Part shown: positions 9,736 through 18,834 of the stretch, in pieces | How the letters are laid out: each line of letters opens with the position of its first letter | Numbering within the stretch: the first letter of the stretch is position 1 | NCBI GenBank assembly: GCA_964463285.1 | Contig: CAYXBB010000003.1 | Location: 1,913-65,912 of the forward strand | Length of the DNA stretch: 64,000 bases | Direction of reading: 5' to 3' | Origin: an uncultured Syntrophomonadaceae bacterium | Lineage (GTDB): Bacteria; Bacillota; Dethiobacteria; DTU022 | Program-made: the position numbers and the translations under genes | Notes under the pieces: generated by a model | What the model saw: the letters and a program-made list of their open reading frames with translations, nothing else | The model's database searches: none | Told to the model about the DNA's origin: nothing

Positions 9736-10221
9736 ATGACCCGGTTAAGTAAAAAGAAAAACAAAATCAATATCGAGCCCCACATGGATAAGATAAAACA
9801 ATATTTTTTAGGCAGCACAGACATTGCTGCAGCTTTACTTTTTGGATCCTACGGCACTAAGTACCAAACTCCGCTTAGTGACGTGGATATGGCTATCTTA
9901 TTTCTGCCTGGACAAAAAATATCCCTTGATCGTGAACTAGTAATATTATCAGATTTAAGCATCATTACCGGAGAGGAAGATATTAATCTGGTAATCCTCA
10001 ACAAGGCGCCGCTAACATTGCAATTTGAGGTATTGCTAACCGGAAATGTGCTATTCAAAAAAGATCTCTGCCTGGAGGACTTTCATGAATATGTTTGTAA
10101 GCGCTATGCGGATTACAAAATAGACCTGGATCAATTCAATCGGGACTATGATTCGGCTTTACGGGGGGTGTACCTAAATGATCAACCAAGGAAAAATACG
10201 AGACAAAATCCAGGTTATTAA
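9736..10221 (+). CDS. mntA: MntA-type minimal nucleotidyltransferase, antitoxin of a type VII TA system
   Basis: GSxxxG...DxD nucleotidyltransferase motif (LFGSYGTKYQTPLSDVDMAI). The ATG at 9736 follows GGGAGAAGG. The annotated longer ORF from 9490 has no ribosome-binding site. Confidence 0.8.
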   Translation: MTRLSKKKNKINIEPHMDKIKQYFLGSTDIAAALLFGSYGTKYQTPLSDVDMAILFLPGQKISLDRELVILSDLSIITGEEDINLVILNKAPLTLQFEVLLTGNVLFKKDLCLEDFHEYVCKRYADYKIDLDQFNRDYDSALRGVYLNDQPRKNTRQNPGY

Positions 10222-10600
10222 AAACAACCTAGCCAAACTTGAAATGATCTATTCAAAAGGCTTGGATAATTTTTTAGAAAGCCCCTTTCTGGCCGATGCC
10301 GCTATACGTCTTTTGCAGGTGTCTATTGAAGCTATGCTAGACATTTCACACCATCTAATTTCTAGAAATCATTTAGGAACACCAAAATCCTATCGCGAAA
10401 CAATTGAATTGCTTACGCAAGCAGATATACTGCCTCAAGAAAAGCTGCCGATATTTACCATGATGGTTAAATTCCGAAATCGGGCTGTTCACATCTACGA
10501 TAAAATCGATAATAAAGAGGTTTTTAAAATAATCGAAAACCATCTTTACGACTTTAACGATTTTATAAAAGCAATTATTCGATTTTTTGAAAACACCTGA
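10178..10600 (+). CDS. hepT: HepT (DUF86, HEPN) RNase toxin
   Basis: HEPN Rx4HxY motif (RNRAVHIYD). It overlaps mntA by 44 nt. Confidence 0.8.
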   Translation: MINQGKIRDKIQVIKNNLAKLEMIYSKGLDNFLESPFLADAAIRLLQVSIEAMLDISHHLISRNHLGTPKSYRETIELLTQADILPQEKLPIFTMMVKFRNRAVHIYDKIDNKEVFKIIENHLYDFNDFIKAIIRFFENT

Positions 10601-10622
10601 TTATCATGCAGACCATATGACC

Positions 10623-11603
10623 TTACAGGCTCACCCCGCCACGCAGTTTCTGCCGGATTAGATCTATATATTCCTCCATATCCTGCAGCTTATCGAGAAT
10701 AAGAGATTCGTTTTCTGTTTTTTCTATGACTTTTGAAATCCCGCCGTTTTTCATGACTATCCGTTTATTCCCCAATAGGGAAAGAATGGGATCATGGGTT
10801 GCAATCAATACTATTTTTTCATTCTTTACCAGGAGATTGAGCGCCATATTCCGATTTATTCCGGCATTTTCAATTTCATCAATTAAGACAATGGGGGAAT
10901 GGCTTAAACATGCAATATCAGCTATCATTAAAGCCCTTGACTGCCCGCCGCTTAAAAATGTTACAAACATCTCCTTGGAGATAGCTTCACCCGAAAGCAA
11001 ATTGGCCTGTTCCAACACCTTGCTTACAACTTCAGTTGGATTATCGATCATCCTGCTTTCGGCATGCAGCACTATAAAATCCTGAACAGTTATATCCATG
11101 ACAAAATTCATATGCTGCGAAAGCTGAGCCACAAACTGTTGTGAACAAGAAAATTGCGAACTGGATTTTGGGACATTGTCGTCAATTAAAATTTTTCTTC
11201 TGGTCGGGGTATCTCCCTGCGCCAGCCATTCAATATCTTCCAGTAATCTACTTTTTCCGGAACCGGTAGGGCCAACAATGCAGACAATTTCACCGGACTT
11301 AATTTTTAAAACACAGTCTTCAGGGTTCCCCTGTTTGTCTAAACCGCCCAGTATGGTTAATGAGTCTATTTTTGTTTTTTGGTTTTTGATACCTTGCAAA
11401 TGTTGTAAATAAGTGCTGACAAGATCCAGCAGTTCCAGCCGGCTGAGGCCCACATCTTCTAAAGTCAAATTGTCCAGAGATTGAATGTATTCTTTAACAG
11501 AAATGCTGGAATGACCTGTGGAAAGCCCCATATCGGCCATAAAATTCAGAAACCCGGGGTATTTTTCAGTCAGTACCATCATGGGCATATCTAATAAGTT
11601 CAT
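10623..11603 (-). CDS. Atypical ABC-type ATPase with a ~75-aa N-terminal extension
   Basis: Walker A GPTGSGKS, signature LSGGQSRAL, Walker B VLIDEIE, and H-loop LIATHD. It is the last gene of the minus-strand operon. Confidence 0.7.
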   Translation of the reverse strand: MNLLDMPMMVLTEKYPGFLNFMADMGLSTGHSSISVKEYIQSLDNLTLEDVGLSRLELLDLVSTYLQHLQGIKNQKTKIDSLTILGGLDKQGNPEDCVLKIKSGEIVCIVGPTGSGKSRLLEDIEWLAQGDTPTRRKILIDDNVPKSSSQFSCSQQFVAQLSQHMNFVMDITVQDFIVLHAESRMIDNPTEVVSKVLEQANLLSGEAISKEMFVTFLSGGQSRALMIADIACLSHSPIVLIDEIENAGINRNMALNLLVKNEKIVLIATHDPILSLLGNKRIVMKNGGISKVIEKTENESLILDKLQDMEEYIDLIRQKLRGGVSL

Positions 11604-11618
11604 AATTATTTTCTACCC

Positions 11619-12305
11619 CTAAGCAATATCCATTTTATTTTTACTACCCATTTGATATTTTTCACCGATTTTGATCTCTCCCAGGCAGTAGGAGCAAAGA
11701 GCCGACGGCATAGTATACCGAAGCTCTTTTTCCGCCAAGGTTGATATTTCAGTAGACAAATTGAAAAGATCTGCCAATCGGGATGCTCCCTGCCCGGTTA
11801 TACCGTTTACATGTAATAAAATACATCTAGGGTTGGCCTCTCTTACCTTAAAAGCAAACACCTCCCGCTCTGCTTGAGAAACAATATCACCCTTAGTAAT
11901 AACGATAATATCTGCGAATTTCAACATCGGCCCGATTTTCTTAGGGGTATTGATTCCCATCAAATTATCGATTACGCATACGCCCAAAACCCCCTGGATG
12001 TGAGGCGAACACCGGTTACATAATCCCGCACTTTCACAAACGAACAGATCATATCCCTTATTAAGTGCCCAGGAATGGCAAGCCTCGATGTTGCTCACAA
12101 AAAAGTGGTCGGGACAAAGGCTGCCCGAAAACCCCACCTCCACACCTATCCCCTTATTTTTATATAAAATGTCGTCATGCGTGGAAAGGCAGTCTAATTT
12201 AACCACCCCGATTTTCATGCCCTTTCCCTGTAATATTTCCGCGGCCTTAATTATTACAGAGGTTTTCCCCGAAGAGGGGGGTCCGGATACGGTGAGCATT
12301 TTCAT
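11619..12305 (-). CDS. G3E-family (HypB/UreG-like) P-loop GTPase, putative metallochaperone
   Basis: P-loop GPPSSGKTS. The CESAGLCNRCSP segment resembles the HypB ENVGNLVCP motif, and ITKGD is an NKxD-like motif. There is a C-terminal CxxC. It overlaps the upstream gene by 4 nt. Confidence 0.6.
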   Translation of the reverse strand: MKMLTVSGPPSSGKTSVIIKAAEILQGKGMKIGVVKLDCLSTHDDILYKNKGIGVEVGFSGSLCPDHFFVSNIEACHSWALNKGYDLFVCESAGLCNRCSPHIQGVLGVCVIDNLMGINTPKKIGPMLKFADIIVITKGDIVSQAEREVFAFKVREANPRCILLHVNGITGQGASRLADLFNLSTEISTLAEKELRYTMPSALCSYCLGEIKIGEKYQMGSKNKMDIA

Positions 12306-13195
12306 GATATGGCCGGCCCTTTTCTTAAAATTTTATAATACTGCCCCCAGCTATCCCAAAAAAACGGCATAACTTGATCGCGGTTATCCTTCGGCATCAC
12401 CACATCCGGGCTAGCCGGTATAAATCCCTGCTGTGCAAGCATTTCTTGAACCCGTTTACTAAATAAGATATTTGCAAACTCCAGCAAGTGCGGCCCGGCC
12501 TCCTTTGAGCAAACTAACACAAGGGGGCTGCATAATGCGCCTTCTTCGGGCAATATGGGGACAATATCCCGGGTCATCATTTTAGAAAACCCTAGATTGG
12601 CAATGCCGAGAGCAAACTGCCCTCCCCCTACTGCTTTTAGGGTTTCTACCGGCGAGTGGTCGAAATTTATTAGAGGATAAAATTCTTTGAATTTATCGGG
12701 ATGCCAATTTTTTAAAATAGCTGTTACCACCTGGGTTATAGGCGAATTCGCTTCGGGAAACACTACCTGCCGATGTTTTCCGTAATTCAAGAGATCCTGC
12801 CAGCTAACCGGCATTTCCTCACGATGCAGCAACCCGGTGTTTCCAACTATTACAAAAGGTATTAGGGCAAACGGATGGAAGATTCCCTCCGGATCTTCCA
12901 ATCCTTTGCTTTTTAATTCGTTGCGCAGCGGATACTTTCCAGGTAGAGATAAAAAACTGTTTTTCAAAATTTCCTTGCTAACGGGTACAAAATCAGTAGC
13001 GTGAGCAATTGCCAATTGGGGAAGTGAACCTTGCTCCAAACTTTGAATGAACCAGTTTTCAGCCTCATCATTGCTGGCTGTCTCTATAACGACATCTTCC
13101 CTATACGTCTTATTAAATTCCTTCAAATTTTCCCTGAGTATATCCATTAAGGCTTTTCTTATATTAATGGAAACATGAACCATAACCCGACTCAT
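12302..13195 (-). CDS. Hypothetical cytoplasmic protein with periplasmic-binding-protein-like character and no signal peptide
   Basis: An ORF within the operon. I recognise no motifs, so the fold assignment is tentative. Confidence 0.45.
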   Translation of the reverse strand: MSRVMVHVSINIRKALMDILRENLKEFNKTYREDVVIETASNDEAENWFIQSLEQGSLPQLAIAHATDFVPVSKEILKNSFLSLPGKYPLRNELKSKGLEDPEGIFHPFALIPFVIVGNTGLLHREEMPVSWQDLLNYGKHRQVVFPEANSPITQVVTAILKNWHPDKFKEFYPLINFDHSPVETLKAVGGGQFALGIANLGFSKMMTRDIVPILPEEGALCSPLVLVCSKEAGPHLLEFANILFSKRVQEMLAQQGFIPASPDVVMPKDNRDQVMPFFWDSWGQYYKILRKGPAIS

Positions 13196-13232
13196 AATCC
13201 GGTCACCTTCTTTCAGACATAAATCCTAAGGT

Positions 13233-14009
13233 CTAACAGCTATCAAGACCTTTCCATCTCTCTAACTTTGTTTCAAGTGGTTTAAAAACTATTTTTTCCA
13301 GAAATACTACTATAAATATTAATACCAATGCCCAGGCAAAAAGTTTGTCAGTTTCAAGGTAGAACCTGGTTGTGGCAATGGCCTGGCCGATGCCGTCCTG
13401 TGCTCCAAATAACTCGGCCATTACCACCGACCTGATAGATGAAGCTGCGCTTAAAGCAAATCCCGCCAAAATGCCGTAGGTCAGCCCGGGAAGGTATACC
13501 TTCTTAATCTTAATTTTCAGCGGAACTTTATAAACAGCGGCCATTTGCAGCAAATTGGGGTCAATAGATTCAATTCCTTTCTCACAATTTATATACATTA
13601 TCGGAAATACCAGCAAAGCAACCACAAACACCACCTGGTTTGTGCCCTGACCAAACCATACCATAGCAATTACCACAAAGATCACCCCGGGAACCGCTAA
13701 AATAGCATTGACCAGGGGGGAGATTAAATTATTAATGGGCGCTTTTAAACCTCCTAAAATACCAACGAAAATCCCACAAATAACCCCAAGCGTCAAACCG
13801 GCCAACTGGCGTTTAACTGAAATGAAAAAGTTTCTTAATAACTCACCGCTTGTTAGCATGTCGATTAATGCCCTGAAAGTAGACTGTGGCGAAGGAACTA
13901 TCAGCGGATGAGAAAAAAGCGATATTATCTGCCATATCAACAATAATGCCAGCACACCCAATATATAAAATTTGCTTTTACTACTGAGATACGTAATAGA
14001 AATTTTCAT
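13233..14009 (-). CDS. ABC transporter permease (NitT/TauT family)
   Basis: Polytopic membrane protein with the EAA-like permease region. Confidence 0.75.
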   Translation of the reverse strand: MKISITYLSSKSKFYILGVLALLLIWQIISLFSHPLIVPSPQSTFRALIDMLTSGELLRNFFISVKRQLAGLTLGVICGIFVGILGGLKAPINNLISPLVNAILAVPGVIFVVIAMVWFGQGTNQVVFVVALLVFPIMYINCEKGIESIDPNLLQMAAVYKVPLKIKIKKVYLPGLTYGILAGFALSAASSIRSVVMAELFGAQDGIGQAIATTRFYLETDKLFAWALVLIFIVVFLEKIVFKPLETKLERWKGLDSC

Positions 14010-14997
14010 CGGGCAGCTTGCCGCCTATAATTTTTAAAGAAGCCGTTGTCGTCAGCTCATTAAAAAATGCTTCAATATCTCTTTGGCATTCGCTGACAGG
14101 CATGGGATTCAGTTTTGCATACGGTATAGAGGCCGTCACCCCGTTGGCTTTCATAAAATCAAAATATTTTTCAACCACTGTTCCACTCTCTTCCGGGTGA
14201 TTATTGATCCAATTGCTGCTTTCGGTATACTTGGCCAAAAAACCATCTACCAGGGCTTTGTTTTCAGCATTGTCGCCAACAACCACGAACCCGGCTTGAG
14301 GTATCTTGCCATCCTTATTAGGGGTTACATTTCTCCACTCTTCTTCCAGGCTTAATAGCCTTTTTAATTCATTATTATTGGCTTTTGCCGCGGCAATGGT
14401 GGCGCTTGTCTTCGGCTCGTTGGATACCGCCAACTCAATTTCCCCCATACCCAATCTTGTGGCCGCTTCCGCCAGATCCATGTATACTATGTCTATATCC
14501 TTATCCGGATCAATGTTGTTTTTAATTAAGATATGCCTAAAAATAACGTCGTGCAAGCCTCCCTCATCATTCACAGCTATTGTTTTACCCTTCAAATCTT
14601 TAACAGATGTAACCCCGGTATCGGGGGAACCTAAGACATATAACATCCCCCAGGTGGCAACATTCGCCAGTTTTATGTTTAGGCCCTTGTTGTAAAGCAA
14701 TATTGCAGAGGTGATAGGCGTACAGGCTAAATTGACCTGCTCCGAGGTTATCATGGCCTTCAACTGATCCCCGTCATTCCAATGTATGGTGCTAAATTTT
14801 TCTGCAAAATCCTCCATCAGGTTATTATCCAACATATATGCTAAAGGATAAGTGATAGAGCCCTGGGAGTTGGCAACTATAAATTCTTTCATTTTAGCAG
14901 CCGGCTCTTCTTTTTCTTCCGGCTTGCATCCGGTTATACAGGTGATAAATATTAAACAGATAATCAACGTCGCCAATACTTTATTTTTTTTCATTAC
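13981..14997 (-). CDS. ABC transporter substrate-binding lipoprotein (NMT1/THI5-like, SsuA/TauA family)
   Basis: Lipoprotein signal MKKNKVLATLIICLIFITCITGC. The start at 14997 follows GGAGG, whereas the longer ORF from 15048 lacks a ribosome-binding site. Confidence 0.75.
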   Translation of the reverse strand, partial: VMKKNKVLATLIICLIFITCITGCKPEEKEEPAAKMKEFIVANSQGSITYPLAYMLDNNLMEDFAEKFSTIHWNDGDQLKAMITSEQVNLACTPITSAILLYNKGLNIKLANVATWGMLYVLGSPDTGVTSVKDLKGKTIAVNDEGGLHDVIFRHILIKNNIDPDKDIDIVYMDLAEAATRLGMGEIELAVSNEPKTSATIAAAKANNNELKRLLSLEEEWRNVTPNKDGKIPQAGFVVVGDNAENKALVDGFLAKYTESSNWINNHPEESGTVVEKYFDFMKANGVTASIPYAKLNPMPVSECQRDIEAFFNELTTTASLKIIGGKLPDENFYYVSQ

Positions 14998-15020
14998 AAT
15001 ACCTCCATGCCTAAACTTTA

Positions 15021-15710
15021 TTATATTTTTGCTAGCATTTGCTGGCAATATTCCGGGGTTCTTTCATTGTAAGGTAGCCGGATTTCAAACTTCCTGGCTA
15101 TTCTTACCGGCCTTCCATCAAAAATTAATATCTTCTTTCCCAACAACAAAGCTTCCCTGAGATCGTGAGTAACCAAAATGGTGGTACATGGCTTCCAGTC
15201 AAGCAAATCAAGCAAATACTCCCTTAAAGTAACCTTAAGTTTACTATCAAGCGCACTGAAGGGTTCATCCAACAATAATACGTCAGGTTCAACAGCAAAG
15301 GCCCTGGCCAGCGATACCCTTTGCTTCATCCCTCCGCTTATCTGTGAAGGGTAATAATCTTCAAAGCCTTCCAATCCCAATTTTTGAATAAGATTTTTGG
15401 ATATTTCTTGAATTTTAGTGTTATTTTGTTTGTGGTATGTATAAAGAACCAACTCGATATTTTCCTGAACACTGCACCAGGGCAGCAATCTGGACTCCTG
15501 AAAAACATAGCCAATTCTTGAACTCCCATTTAAACCGATTGACCCTTTATCGGGTTTTAATATTCCGGCCACCATCTGCAATAACGTAGTTTTACCTATT
15601 CCAGAAGCGCCACAAATACAAACAAAATCGCCATTTTCAATAAGGTAGTTGAATTCAGAAAAGATCTCCAGGGATCCAAATTTTTTATGGATGTTTGTAA
15701 TATTAACCAA
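15021..15710 (-). CDS. ABC transporter ATP-binding protein (NitT/TauT family)
   Basis: Walker A GASGIGKTT, signature SGGMKQR, Walker B LLLDEPFS. TTG start with GAGGTG. Confidence 0.8.
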   Translation of the reverse strand: MVNITNIHKKFGSLEIFSEFNYLIENGDFVCICGASGIGKTTLLQMVAGILKPDKGSIGLNGSSRIGYVFQESRLLPWCSVQENIELVLYTYHKQNNTKIQEISKNLIQKLGLEGFEDYYPSQISGGMKQRVSLARAFAVEPDVLLLDEPFSALDSKLKVTLREYLLDLLDWKPCTTILVTHDLREALLLGKKILIFDGRPVRIARKFEIRLPYNERTPEYCQQMLAKI

Positions 15711-15790
15711 ATTCCTAACACCTCAAAAATTGATAAACCTCAGGATTTAACCCCTAACCCCTCTAAAAATATTCAACAGACAGACCGGGG

Positions 15791-16399
15791 TTATTTCTCA
15801 AATTTAATCCACATCCCCACCGGAGAATGGTCCATATCAAACCGGGGAATAACGGTTTGCGATAATACGTTGCGCCACTTATCAGGAGCACCGGGTCCTA
15901 TTCTTTGGTGAACCGCTTCACTCCACTTCGGATCTTTTTCAGCCATTTTTTGAAAGATTTGCTGTTTAATTTCGGGGTTGCCAAAACCCGCACCGATGAC
16001 TGCCTTTCCTCCCGGTGACAATACACGATATACCTCATTGAAAACTTCTACAGGTTCCTCCCAAAAAAAGATAGAGCCCCGGCTTACAGCCAGTTGAACA
16101 GAGTTATCCTCCATAGGCAAATTTGAGACATCCACGGATAATGTTTTTACCCTTGTTTCGAGATTTCTGTCACAAATATTTTGCCGGGCAATCCCAAGCA
16201 TTTCCGGTTTTTTATCCAGCAAGCAAACGTTCAACTCGCTTATTTGAGCCAGGGCCAAACCTAAATATCCCGGACCACAGCCCAAATCGATACATTTCCC
16301 CCGGTTTATCCCGGTACCCGACAGGATCTGCCTGGCGATTTCCGAATATGCCGGGGCATATATTTCTCTTGCCATACGATCAAATTCTTTAGCTTCCAA
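15791..16399 (-). CDS. Class I SAM-dependent methyltransferase
   Basis: Motif I LDLGCGPGYL. The exact start is uncertain (a TTG at 16399 or an internal ATG). Confidence 0.7.
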   Translation of the reverse strand: MEAKEFDRMAREIYAPAYSEIARQILSGTGINRGKCIDLGCGPGYLGLALAQISELNVCLLDKKPEMLGIARQNICDRNLETRVKTLSVDVSNLPMEDNSVQLAVSRGSIFFWEEPVEVFNEVYRVLSPGGKAVIGAGFGNPEIKQQIFQKMAEKDPKWSEAVHQRIGPGAPDKWRNVLSQTVIPRFDMDHSPVGMWIKFEK

Positions 16400-16568
16400 T
16401 TGTCGGTTTAAACCTCCCGCTTCTATGATATTTTAATTTACCTCTCTAACCGGAATATTTTAATTTCCGCCATGTTAAAAATAGTTCCGCCTATCCCACT
16501 ATGGGAGACACAAATTCAGCAATACCCATGTTTCATCAACCTGTAAAAAACATTTGCCGGAAAAACTG

Positions 16569-17396
16569 CTATTTACGGGTCTTTATTGTTACACCGATAT
16601 TAACAGGTTTCCCAAAATACATGGAGGAGGTAGCTATGGCATCTACTCCCGTAGCCGCAAATGTCTCAATATTTTCTTCATTTATCCCCCCCGTAGCAAT
16701 GGTGGTAACCTGTGGAAAATCTTTTTTAATTTTTTTTGCTAAAACAGAAATGGTATTGGGATCCATGTGATCAAACTGTAACCCGTCAACCCCTGCCTTA
16801 CAAAGCAGCATGGCATCTTCCGGGCTTTTAATCTCCACCACTATCTTTTTTTCACTAACCTGCGCCGTTAACTTATTTAGCCTGTTCATAAATTCATCTT
16901 TAGAACTAAAAAAGTTTCGATGCTGTTGAAAAATAAGTATGGTTTCCGATAGGCCAAGCCGGTGGGGAAATCCACCGCCACATAAAACCGCTTTTACAGA
17001 TAACTCCTTTGTGCCGGGGAATACCTTTCTAGTAGAAACCACCGTTATACGATTGTTAATTTTTTTTGCCTTTTGAACTAGTTTGCGGGTTCGGGTAGCA
17101 ATAGCACTGGCATATTCAAGTATATTCTGGCAGGTTCTCCAGAGAGTATGTAGGGCTGTTGCCTTTCCTGTTATAGTAATAACCGCCTGATTTATAGAAA
17201 CCGCTTCGCCGGAGGCAACGTCTTCAACTAGAGCGGCTCCTCTAGATGCACAAAGGTGTGATATTTCCTCGGTGCCGCATATTATCGCATCTTCCCGAGA
17301 AAACATTTGCATCTCCGCATCCCGGCTACCGATCTCCAATAAATAAGTAGTAAGATCAAAGTAGGGAACATCTTCTTTTATCCATCTTTCCAACAT
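16569..17396 (-). CDS. modD: ModD (quinolinate-phosphoribosyltransferase-like, molybdenum-transport-associated)
   Basis: QPRTase fold with a ModD-like N-terminus (MLERWIKEDVPYFDLTT). The GTG at 17432 lacks a ribosome-binding site, so the ATG at 17396 is preferred. Confidence 0.7.
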   Translation of the reverse strand: MLERWIKEDVPYFDLTTYLLEIGSRDAEMQMFSREDAIICGTEEISHLCASRGAALVEDVASGEAVSINQAVITITGKATALHTLWRTCQNILEYASAIATRTRKLVQKAKKINNRITVVSTRKVFPGTKELSVKAVLCGGGFPHRLGLSETILIFQQHRNFFSSKDEFMNRLNKLTAQVSEKKIVVEIKSPEDAMLLCKAGVDGLQFDHMDPNTISVLAKKIKKDFPQVTTIATGGINEENIETFAATGVDAIATSSMYFGKPVNIGVTIKTRK

Positions 17397-17481
17397 ACCA
17401 TTTGTTATATTAAGCACAGGACGCCCCGTCACAATTTATTTGCACTATAGGCACTTTTCTATTTACCCCCATAACGGTCCT

Positions 17482-17640
17482 AAAAAATAAGCTGCCTCGC
17501 GAAAGAGGCAGCAATTATAACCTACCTTATCCACCTTCTTTCCTAAAAGGGAGGCTTAACCGTTTCCAGTTAAACCCTATCGTTCATGGCCCGTCGCAAC
17601 CATCTCAGGAGCCCATGAATCGAAGATGTATAAAATAATA
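17482..17640 (-). promoter_or_regulatory. Candidate Moco riboswitch (aptamer plus terminator) in the modD operon leader
   Basis: Conserved core GGGCCAUGAACGAUAGGGUUUAACUGGAAACGGUUAAGCCUCCCUUUUAGGAAAGAAGG, shared with two other loci. It is followed by the hairpin GCUGCCUCUUUCGCGAGGCAGC and UUAUUUUUU (17482-17512). Confidence 0.6.
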
Positions 17641-17941
17641 TTCAAATTAATTAACGCAAAATTAGTTTACCATAGATACCCACCCGGTGCAACCGGGTAA
17701 AATATGGGGGATCGCCTTTTATTTTATTATCCCGGCGAAACTGATATATTCAGACCTCCGGATCGCCGGGGCCATAACTCCCCTCCGCCGGAGCAAATGA
17801 CCGCAATAGACCGGCCAACTTTAAACCATAACGGTTAATTATAGATAATTTTTGCCAATTCATTTCGCTCACACCAGCCGTTATTATGTTTTACACCGGG
17901 ATGCCGGGGAAATTACGGCGATCTTCGGCCCTTGCATATAG

Positions 17942-18412
17942 CTATTCAACAAGTTTGCAGACATCAACCCATCCTTCGGAATTAGCGTGCCTCTCCAGCT
18001 CGGAAATTGTCAGCTCAATGGCACTATTGGCGCTTCCACACGCCGGAAACACGGTTTCAAATCGTTTCAACGATTCATCCAGGTAAATTTCCACCCCTTC
18101 GTTTACCGCAAACGGGCAAACGCCACCGGCCGAATATCCCACCAACGGTTTGGTCTCATCATGGGACAACATTTTAGCCTTCGTTTTAAATCGGGATTTG
18201 TATTTTTTATTATCTATCTTTGCATCGCCCGCTGATACAACTAAAATAACCCTATTTCCCAGGTGAAAGGACAGAGTTTTAGCTATGCGGCAGGCTTCAC
18301 ACTGTAAGGCCCGGGCGGCAAGCTCCACCGTAGCACTTGAAACATCAAATTCCAGTATCCGGTCTTCTATCCCTTTGCTTCTAAAATATCTTTTAACTTT
18401 TTCAATAGACAT
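17942..18412 (-). CDS. ybaK: YbaK/ProX-family aminoacyl-tRNA deacylase
   Basis: YbaK/EbsC-like sequence. The second ATG (18412) has the better ribosome-binding site, GGAGA. Confidence 0.7.
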   Translation of the reverse strand: MSIEKVKRYFRSKGIEDRILEFDVSSATVELAARALQCEACRIAKTLSFHLGNRVILVVSAGDAKIDNKKYKSRFKTKAKMLSHDETKPLVGYSAGGVCPFAVNEGVEIYLDESLKRFETVFPACGSANSAIELTISELERHANSEGWVDVCKLVE

Positions 18413-18834
18413 ATCCGGTGTCTCCATTATTATGTCCTGTTGTGATTATTAAGCCCCGAGAAAACAACAATCCTAAATTAGGGTGCAAAACCGGAAAAAG
18501 TATAGCCGCCGGCCAACAAAAAAAGTAATATGGTCCATAGCAAACAACCCATGTCATAATCTCCGGAGCAGTATTTAAAAAACAACCATTCCCATAAACA
18601 ATATTCTCCGGGGGCATGGGTTAATCCTGCCCGGGTGTTCGGGTCTGGACTTTCCGGTTCTCCCCTTCAGTTAATAGTTACTTAATCAAAATTTTGTCCA
18701 GCTAGCAGGGATAAAGATTCCAATAAAGAATAGGGTTTGTACACGGTAATTATGTCCTTTATTGGGGATCCGTGGCGAGACCTGGCACCGGAAACAAAAA
18801 ATCGGATCGCTAATTCCACCGGGGAGATGTAGCA

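Noticed and set aside
12088-12372. Short plus-strand ORFs between and within the minus-strand operon genes (e.g. 12088-12372, 13708-13911, 14018-14695)
   Set aside because: They overlap well-supported minus-strand genes with ribosome-binding sites and translational coupling. They have no ribosome-binding sites or homology.
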